DNA of 32,000 bases from Pirellula staleyi DSM 6068 (GTDB lineage Bacteria > Planctomycetota > Planctomycetia > Pirellulales > Pirellulaceae), in the NCBI GenBank assembly GCA_000025185.1, contig CP001848.1, positions 540,001 through 572,000 on the forward strand. Reading direction: 5' to 3'. Position 1 is the first letter of the stretch. Each line of letters starts with the position of its first letter. This document shows, one piece after another, positions 8,058-13,732 of the stretch. Under the pieces are notes generated by a model. It worked only from the letters and a program-made list of their open reading frames with translations. It made no database searches and was not told where the DNA came from. A program made the translations under genes and the position numbers.

Positions 8058-8144
8058 GCCTAACGTTCTGCATCACCGGCCGCCGCTGGTGATGAACCAT
8101 TGTGAAACCAAAGCCGAACGGCGGTCCGGTGCATGCGGTTGTTC
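8058..8144 (-). repeat. attC recombination site, family B
   Basis: GCCTAAC (8058-8064) ... GTTGTTC (8138-8144). The inner arms are CTGCATCACCGGCCGCCG / CGGCGG-T-CCGGTG-C-ATGC. Confidence 0.7.
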
Positions 8145-8152
8145 TTCCGAGT

Positions 8153-8584
8153 TCACGATTCTCGGCGAACAACCGGTAAGTTACTAGCGCAGGATGATTC
8201 AGTGGGAAAACGATTCAGGTATTCCCCAAATTCGACCATTGCGGCTTGAAGTGCCTTGATGACTTTTAATCGCCTAGATTCCTTCAAGAGGTGTCCCGGC
8301 AACCGTTCAAACCACCGTTGACTAACGTCGCGTTCAAATCCATGTTCGGTGGTGTCGAGACGTGAGCTCGGACGTAACTTCTGCTGGTAGTACTCCAAAA
8401 CCGGCTTGATTTGGGCAACGCTACCAAATCGGAAAGTAAAGCCGCAGACCTCGACGCAATATGTCCACACCGGGATGAGTGCTGGATTTGGCGATACGTC
8501 ATGTGCGGGTAATCCGACATACGCATGAAGATCGAAGTGTTGCGACCAGTGACCCTTTCGCTCTTCTTTCCAAATCCGAGCCAT
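8153..8584 (-). CDS. Hypothetical cassette protein
   Basis: 143 aa ORF with an ATG start. Confidence 0.6.
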   Translation of the reverse strand: MARIWKEERKGHWSQHFDLHAYVGLPAHDVSPNPALIPVWTYCVEVCGFTFRFGSVAQIKPVLEYYQQKLRPSSRLDTTEHGFERDVSQRWFERLPGHLLKESRRLKVIKALQAAMVEFGEYLNRFPTESSCASNLPVVRRES

Positions 8585-8622
8585 TGAAACGCTTTATCTG
8601 GAAAACGCCGAAAATCAGCCGC

Positions 8623-8688
8623 TGCCAACGACTGATGCTTTAATTGAATCCGGCCTATACGGCAGTCTGCTGCATTTGCTCGTTAGGC
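8623..8688 (-). repeat. attC recombination site (weak candidate)
   Basis: TGCCAAC (8623-8629) ... GTTAGGC (8682-8688). The inner arms are CAGCCGCTGCC / GGCAGTCTGCTG (imperfect). The TAA stop of ORF 8683..9090 lies in the right box. Confidence 0.4.
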
Positions 8689-9090
8689 GGCGCCCGCTGC
8701 AGCCTGCCCCGTACAAATCGCCTCGAGAATGATACTCGACAACCCCGTCTTCAAAACACTATCCATTGGTCGCAATTCTTCGGCTGTGCTCTCCCAGCGG
8801 GAAGCTTGCCCAATCTGAAAGATTTCGGCCCGCGCCCATACTCGCAGCGCGACAACGTTCGATTCGTCAAGTGAGAGTACGACCCACACCTTCTCGACTT
8901 CACTACCTCGCCATTGCCTGATCTCGAACCGGTGACTCCACGAAAGAGAATCATTCTTATAGTGGTACGTGCGCGCTGACTCGTCAACGATCACGATTCC
9001 ACGTGCAATCAAGATAGCCTGTTCTCGACGCAACAACTCGTCCAGCAGGTGTTCTGCTTCACGAAACTGATGCTCTACTGCGGTGATCAT
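8683..9090 (-). CDS. Hypothetical cassette protein
   Basis: 135 aa ORF with an ATG start 7 nt from the attC core. Confidence 0.6.
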   Translation of the reverse strand: MITAVEHQFREAEHLLDELLRREQAILIARGIVIVDESARTYHYKNDSLSWSHRFEIRQWRGSEVEKVWVVLSLDESNVVALRVWARAEIFQIGQASRWESTAEELRPMDSVLKTGLSSIILEAICTGQAAAGAA

Positions 9091-9097
9091 TGCTGTC

Positions 9098-9192
9098 GCC
9101 TAACGGATCAATATTCACTGGACGGGCCAATGACCAGCTTTCGAATCACAGGGACCGTTGCGGCCCCGGTTCAGTGCAGTGTTTGGTTAGGC
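9098..9192 (-). repeat. attC recombination site (candidate)
   Basis: GCCTAAC (9098-9104) ... GTTAGGC (9186-9192). The inner arms are CACTGGACGGGCC / GGCCCCGGTTCAGTG. Confidence 0.6.
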
Positions 9193-9210
9193 AGCAGCCG
9201 GGTCGCCGCA

Positions 9211-9648
9211 TCACCAGTTAAACCAAACGACGAAGCGAACTCGGTCCGCGCCGAACCGTTCTTCGAGAGTACGAGCGAACGCAAACGATAGCGTCCATTG
9301 GCTATCCTCGGGCGGCTCCTTCAGTGCGTAACCGCGAATCTCATCCCACAAAGCCCATGTGTAACCGCCCATTTCGCCGGTGCCGAACTTCGCTTCATGT
9401 GCTTCGATCTCGTCGAGAGCTCGACGGACTTGCACGGAAGGGTTCGCAGGCACCCCACGGGCAGCGGCGATTGCGGCGACCGACTTTTCGCCGCTCACGC
9501 ACCCTTTGGACATGCCAAAGATCTGTTCGGTGTCCTCGTCCGCGACGTCGACGATCGCACCGAGATTGACTACGCCAGACCATGCGTGCTCGTCTGCCGT
9601 CTCCGGCAACCGTGCGACCTCGATCCATCCTTCAATCCAGAAGGGCAT
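9211..9648 (-). CDS. Hypothetical cassette protein
   Basis: Track ORF 9211..9777 trimmed to MPFWIEGWIEV (cat 9646-9648), 8 nt from the attC core. Confidence 0.55.
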   Translation of the reverse strand: MPFWIEGWIEVARLPETADEHAWSGVVNLGAIVDVADEDTEQIFGMSKGCVSGEKSVAAIAAARGVPANPSVQVRRALDEIEAHEAKFGTGEMGGYTWALWDEIRGYALKEPPEDSQWTLSFAFARTLEERFGADRVRFVVWFNW

Positions 9649-9656
9649 CTGCTGCT

Positions 9657-9745
9657 GCCTAACTTTCTGCCTCACCGGACGCCGCTGGTGATGAGCCATT
9701 GAAAAAACCAACGCCGAACGGCGGTCCGGTGCATGCGATTGTTTG
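9657..9745 (-). repeat. attC recombination site, family B
   Basis: GCCTAAC (9657-9663) ... GATTGTTTGC (about 9737-9746). It is near-identical in its central part to sites 8058 and 11781 (CACCGG-CGCCGCTGGTGATG ... CCGAACGGCGGTCCGGTGCATGCG). Confidence 0.65.
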
Positions 9746-10353
9746 CTACTCCCAATAGTCTTCCCATTTATCCGCAAACGCTTCCTTCAGACGTTGCATG
9801 TAGGCATTGGTCTTGATCTTTGCCATCCAGACTTTCCCGTTAGGCACACCCTTGCAAACCACGCCTTCAGCCACGCCGAATCGACCTTCACGGACATCGT
9901 CCGCGAATTTGCCGGTTAGCTTACCGCGATAGACCGTCCGTGCAATCGGGAGATTGACCAGATCCTGTACGAATTGGGCTGGCGAAAGAAAACCGTCCGC
10001 GGTTTGCACGTCAATGATGACCAGCCGTTTCGTGTCAGTCGAAAGGTGCTTTCCTGCAAAAGAGTGGTCACCGAGGAACTCCGTAAAGACAATCAGCTCG
10101 TTTGCGCCGTAACAATCAAGACCGGACAAAACTGAAGACAGTTGTTCCGCAAAGGCACCGAGTTAAATGCTGCGATTCCTTGATCATCAAGGTCAAACCG
10201 ATCTTGACGTGTGCCGAATGCATACCAACCGAGCGTAGCATCCCAGACCCAATGGATGTTGGTGCCATCGTATTTCTCGAATGCAATGCAAGTGCCAAGC
10301 GGTGCATCACCACTGTCGGGCATCTTCGGATAGACGAGATTAGTACGAGCCAC
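9746..10353 (-). pseudogene. ATP-dependent RNA ligase (nucleotidyltransferase-domain type), interrupted by a frameshift
   Basis: The upstream ORF (10093..10353) carries motif I, EKYDGTN. The downstream ORF (9746..10129) carries FTEFLG (motif III), EGVVCKG (motif IV) and MAKIKT (motif V). The second frame is closed by a TAA just upstream of ...LGAFAEQLSSVLSGLD, which places the shift at about 10160-10175. Confidence 0.7.
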
Positions 10354-10375
10354 AGAAGAGGTACTTAATCTTGGT

Positions 10376-10460
10376 AGCGAACGGCCAAGGCAACCCGGCG
10401 GCGGCCAAGAACCTTTGATTTCCCCCCGACCCGCCTCTCGGGTTGACCGCCCTGTTTGCG
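10376..10460 (-). repeat. attC recombination site, family A
   Basis: AGCGAAC (10376-10382) ... GTTTGCG (10454-10460). The stretch CCAAGGCAACCCGGCGGCGGCCAAGAACCTTTGATTTC is almost identical to site 1579. Confidence 0.65.
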
Positions 10461-10463
10461 CCG

Positions 10464-11183
10464 CTACTTAGGCGCAGGCCAGCGTTTCCCACCATTAAAG
10501 CAGATCTCCTTCAGTTGAGGCAGTGCGTCCAACAAGGCGTCGTATTCTGACGGATAATAGTCATCAGAGAGCCAGAGATATTCCAATTTCTTCAACTGCT
10601 TGAGAGGCAACAAATTACGCCGTTCTTTCGGAAGGCGCACAAGCAGAACAGCAAACTGAAGTTCCTTGAGTGCAGAAAGTGGATTCAATGACTCGACCTG
10701 ATAGCGGGCGCTAATCTGTCCATCGATGTAGATTTCTCGAAGTTCGGGTAGCGTCGAAAGCGGCTCCAGCGAAGTGACTCCCATGGCTTCGCTGACACAC
10801 AGGGAATGCAGCCAATCCATACCTCGCACGAATTCCAGAGACTCCTGTTGCCGATTCCACCCCAACACCAGCGTTCGGAGATTTTTCAGGCAAGCCAACG
10901 AAGGTATGTCTTTGCATTTTGGCAGCGTTAATTTGACATGCTCGAGATTCGGCATACTCGCAAACGCTGGAAGCCATTCTTCATGCAGTGGAGAATGAAC
11001 TCGACGAATCTCTCTAAAGCGTGGAAGGTCGTCGATGTGTTTCGTCTTGCGGTTGAGCCATACAGACCGAACGTCGGACGGCAAGTCTGCGACGTCATCG
11101 CATAAGACCATACCTGGAGGCATTCCCAAGTAGGGAGCTCGATGCGTTGCTGCGAACTCTTTGATGTAATTTCGGGTTGGCAT
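10464..11183 (-). CDS. Leucine-rich repeat protein
   Basis: 239 aa with an ATG start. It has a repeated LxxLxxLxL periodicity (LPNLEHVKLTL, LKNLRTLVLGWN, LPELREIYIDG, LKELQFAVLL, LKKLEYLWLSD). Confidence 0.7.
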   Translation of the reverse strand: MPTRNYIKEFAATHRAPYLGMPPGMVLCDDVADLPSDVRSVWLNRKTKHIDDLPRFREIRRVHSPLHEEWLPAFASMPNLEHVKLTLPKCKDIPSLACLKNLRTLVLGWNRQQESLEFVRGMDWLHSLCVSEAMGVTSLEPLSTLPELREIYIDGQISARYQVESLNPLSALKELQFAVLLVRLPKERRNLLPLKQLKKLEYLWLSDDYYPSEYDALLDALPQLKEICFNGGKRWPAPK

Positions 11184-11194
11184 GCAGCTTCTAC

Positions 11195-11285
11195 GGCGAA
11201 CGGTAGCGGTAACCGGGGCGCCGCCACAAAACTAGGATTTCAAATCCCGCGTTATCGGCGGCTCCGGTTCACCACTTTGTTCTGT
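11195..11285 (-). repeat. attC recombination site, family A-like
   Basis: GGCGAAC (11195-11201) ... GTTCTGT (11279-11285), with central GGATTTCAAATCCC. ORF 11232..11753 reads 54 nt into this site before its stop. Confidence 0.55.
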
Positions 11286-11753
11286 CGCGTTTAGTAACGG
11301 TTTGCATTTAACTTTACATTCAGCGGTCGTCGCCGTTGGATTATAGCCTGGAATTCGGCCAACCAGTTCAGGAAATGCCGAAGTCAAGGCCGCCCACCCT
11401 GCGGTGCGACGATGCATTTCATCGGATGCCAGCAGTGATTGGACGAATGATAGTTCGCATTCAATGTCGGAGCCACGTCGGTTGAGTTCAAGCAGTAGTA
11501 TGTTGGGAGTCAGGCAGGCGGGGTCATGGAGTTCGCCGACCAATTGTTCATCGGTCATGCGTTCAAATCGTCGTGAGATCCACCTAAGGCAGACGATGAG
11601 AGGCATCTGTCCAATCGTCGCACCCAGTACGAATCCGATTGGGATGCCGACAACACAACCAAGTATGCCAAAAGCGTTCCATCCGGTTGATCCGAGAACG
11701 ACCGCGCCACCCACAGCGGCAATCAATCGAATTAGGTCAAACAGGGTAAACAT
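11232..11753 (-). CDS. Membrane-anchored hypothetical cassette protein
   Basis: 173 aa with an ATG start and two N-terminal hydrophobic helices (LIRLIAAVGGAVVLGSTGW, ILGCVVGIPIGFVLGATIG). Confidence 0.6.
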   Translation of the reverse strand: MFTLFDLIRLIAAVGGAVVLGSTGWNAFGILGCVVGIPIGFVLGATIGQMPLIVCLRWISRRFERMTDEQLVGELHDPACLTPNILLLELNRRGSDIECELSFVQSLLASDEMHRRTAGWAALTSAFPELVGRIPGYNPTATTAECKVKCKPLLNATEQSGEPEPPITRDLKS

Positions 11754-11780
11754 GTCATTGACGTGTAAGCGGTCTTAGCG

Positions 11781-11868
11781 ACAGAACGTTCTGCATCGCC
11801 GGCCGCCGCTGGTGATGTGCAATAGTGAAACCAAAGCCGGGACGGCGGTCCGGTGCGTGCGGTTGTTT
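11781..11868 (-). repeat. attC recombination site, family B
   Basis: ACAGAAC (11781-11787) ... GTTGTTT (11862-11868). The central sequence matches sites 8058 and 9657. Confidence 0.6.
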
Positions 11869-11974
11869 GCTGATGAAGTGCAGTTGGACGTTGCCAAATC
11901 GCCATCAACCAAAACAAGCGAAAGACTGCGATGACCATGAGCGATCATCGATTGGGAAAACCGCCGATCGGCGA

Positions 11975-12475
11975 CTACGGTCTATCGGTTGGTTCGTCGA
12001 CATTTTGATTCGAGTCACTTCGCAGTTTTGGAATAAGGTACCACAGAATATAGCCAGAGTCGATCAATTCACCGGCATCACACGAAGCCTTGATTGTCGA
12101 ACGGAGTTCCACAGAGTCAGCAAAGCCATATTTGGTTTGTAGTACATGGCGGGCAAATCTCTCCATGCGATAGAAATCGAGCCCATCAATTTGTCCATGT
12201 TCGCCAAAATCGAAGTCAACGCTGAATTCCGGTGTCTTGACAGCGCATCCAAAGCCGTGAATGAAGTACTGACCGCCATTCGCCAACTGTCCCATCTGCG
12301 GAACATCGTAGGCGACCCAATCAATCGTCGATTGTGGTCGAGGTATGCCTATCGCCTCTAAAGATTCGACCGCATATCGAACCGCGTCCTGATAGTCATG
12401 GATCAATCGAATCAACCGAGCGTCAATTGCAACTGCTCCCGTCGAAGAACAACTTGTATACAGAACTCTACACAT
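11975..12475 (-). CDS. Hypothetical protein (last recognisable cassette ORF before the recombinase remnant)
   Basis: 166 aa with an ATG start. QYFIHGFGCAVKTPEFSVDFDFGEHGQIDGLDFYRMERFA resembles a DUF-type family I recall seeing among immunity-like genes. This is unverified. Confidence 0.6.
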   Translation of the reverse strand: MCRVLYTSCSSTGAVAIDARLIRLIHDYQDAVRYAVESLEAIGIPRPQSTIDWVAYDVPQMGQLANGGQYFIHGFGCAVKTPEFSVDFDFGEHGQIDGLDFYRMERFARHVLQTKYGFADSVELRSTIKASCDAGELIDSGYILWYLIPKLRSDSNQNVDEPTDRP

Positions 12476-13053
12476 TCCTCTGAGGGCGTATTCTGCTTAT
12501 CTCGGGGGGTAGTGTCAACGAAAGTCAAGAAAGGTGCGATAGGCTCCAACTTATCCCGACTTCTGCAAAATCTGGATGATCTAGAATCGTCTTAATTCCT
12601 CCGTCCCAATACCGCGAACTATGGCTTAGCTGCCCACATTTACAGCAGCAGGACTTCGACGCAGGTCGCTGATCTGCACCGACCGGAAAGCCGATTCAAT
12701 ACCCTCTAACTGGTAGTGCTCGTCTTGATCGACGTTTTTCGTCCGGCCGTCAGCACCACGTAGTACAGCTTGTCGGTTCCCAGACGGCTCACCGGTCTCT
12801 GCCTGATCTTGCTCACCACCACTCGATCACCCGGTCGACAGCGATGCACTTCCCCCCAGAACTTCCTTGACCATGCTCGTCGCCTCCTAGAGTTTGCTTT
12901 CTATCTGTCTGAGTAACCGCTTCTTTTCAGCGGACTGGCGTGCTTCTCGTTTCGCTTCCCGCTCCTCGGACTTTTCAATCATCTGCTGCAGTTTCAGCAG
13001 CACGGTTCGCTTGCCATGGTCATGTGCCTGCAGCTCGAGCAATCTTTGTCGTG

Positions 13054-13383
13054 ACGCATCGAGTCTCCAAGGTTCTGACGCTAATTGGAAAAGCAGCTGG
13101 CATCGAGGTGCAAGCCGCTGTCGGATCCCCTGCGGAGCGGCCCCAGAAGACACGAGGAGCTCCGACCAAACAGGAGACACGCAGCAGCAGTTACCATCCC
13201 CCGAAGTATGCCAGTGCCCACGATCTCCGCCGCACGTGTGCTGACCGGCTGGAGGAGGCAGGAGTTGACCCGCTGGTGATTGCCCGGATCATGCGGCACA
13301 AGAGCTACGAGACCACGCGTCGATTCTATGCCACGGGGAATGTGCAGCGGGATGCTCGGAGGCTGCACGAGGTACTGACCGGA
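13054..13383 (+). pseudogene. Tyrosine recombinase, C-terminal catalytic fragment only (possible decayed integron integrase)
   Basis: In track ORF 12940..13509, LIGKAAGIEV...SAHDLRRTCADRLEEAGVDPLVIARIMRHKSYETTRRFY carries the HxxR box and the H...Y box of tyrosine recombinases. No N-terminal or core-binding domain is visible upstream in any frame. Confidence 0.6.
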
Positions 13384-13499
13384 TTGACGACGGATGATAA
13401 ACTTAGGGGGCTCAGATTGATAGCGGAAAGCGATACTCGTCACAGGTGGTCACAGTTGAGGTCACATCCCGCCATCGAATTTGACGTAAGTCCTTATCT

Positions 13500-13572
13500 G
13501 CCCTGGTAGCTCAGAGGATAGAGCACCGGTTTCCTAAACCGGTGGTCGTGGGTTCGAATCCCGCCCAGGGTA
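13500..13572 (+). tRNA. tRNA-Arg (anticodon CCT)
   Basis: Hand-folded cloverleaf. Acceptor GCCCTGG/CCAGGGT, D stem GCTC/GAGC, anticodon stem CCGGT/ACCGG with loop TTCCTAA, T arm GTGGG-TTCGAAT-CCCGC, discriminator A. No CCA is encoded. Confidence 0.9.
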
Positions 13573-13574
13573 CT
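13524..13574 (+). repeat. attL (direct repeat, inside the intact tRNA)
   Basis: CACCGGTTTCCTAAACCGGTGGTCGTGGGTTCGAATCCCGCCCAGGGTACT is identical to 23227-23277. Confidence 0.9.
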
Positions 13575-13608
13575 ACACTAAACTTTTACAAATCAACAAC
13601 TTACATTC

Positions 13609-13639
13609 ACAGCCTCGCAAGAGGCTGTTTTCGTTTCTT
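13609..13639 (+). terminator. Rho-independent terminator after the tRNA (supplied by the island)
   Basis: Stem ACAGCCTC / GAGGCTGT with a GCAA tetraloop, followed by TTTCGTTTCTT. Confidence 0.6.
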
Positions 13640-13668
13640 GGGACTATTTCGACACGAATTTGACAATT

Positions 13669-13706
13669 ATTTGACAACAGGTTACGATCACAACCTGTTG
13701 TCAAAT
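13669..13706. promoter_or_regulatory. 15 bp inverted repeat with TTTGACAA motifs upstream of the integrase (candidate recombinase arm site or operator)
   Basis: ATTTGACAACAGGTT (13669-13683) - 8 nt spacer - AACCTGTTGTCAAAT (13692-13706). A further direct copy, AATTTGACAATT, sits at 13657-13668. Confidence 0.5.
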
Positions 13707-13732
13707 TTCGTCCGATAGTCGGAGTCTCAAAG

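Larger units (their letters stand above)
1..12710 (-). mobile_element. Integron-type gene cassette array (about 21 attC-bounded cassettes; continues beyond the left edge)
   Basis: Small minus-strand ORFs alternate regularly with 60-100 bp imperfect palindromes bounded by RYYYAAC / GTTRRRY boxes. Bulged bases lie on the same arm in every site I aligned. See the individual attC entries. Confidence 0.75.

Noticed and set aside
7840-9777. N-terminal extensions of track ORFs 7840..8172 and 9211..9777, containing the recurring peptide HHQRRPV(M/R)QxVR.
   Set aside because: The recurring peptide is the translation of family B attC DNA, not a conserved protein domain. The ORFs were trimmed to internal ATGs just downstream of the attC core.
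1579-11868. The intergenic palindromes could be REP/BIME or MITE elements.
   Set aside because: They occur once after every ORF and are bounded by RYYYAAC/GTTRRRY. They overlap stop codons and carry bulges on the same arm wherever I aligned them, which fits attC sites better. I cannot exclude the REP/MITE reading without genome-wide counts.
1-12710. The regularly spaced repeats could be a CRISPR array.
   Set aside because: The units are 300-720 bp and contain full ORFs. The repeats are 60-100 bp imperfect palindromes of differing sequence, not 25-40 bp identical direct repeats. No cas genes are present.
12887-13244. Track ORFs 12894..13244 (+) and the N-terminal two thirds of 12887..13180 (-).
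   Set aside because: They overlap the recombinase fragment in other frames and have Cys/Ser/Arg-rich composition. Only the C-terminal coiled-coil part of the minus ORF is noted, as a low-interest finding.
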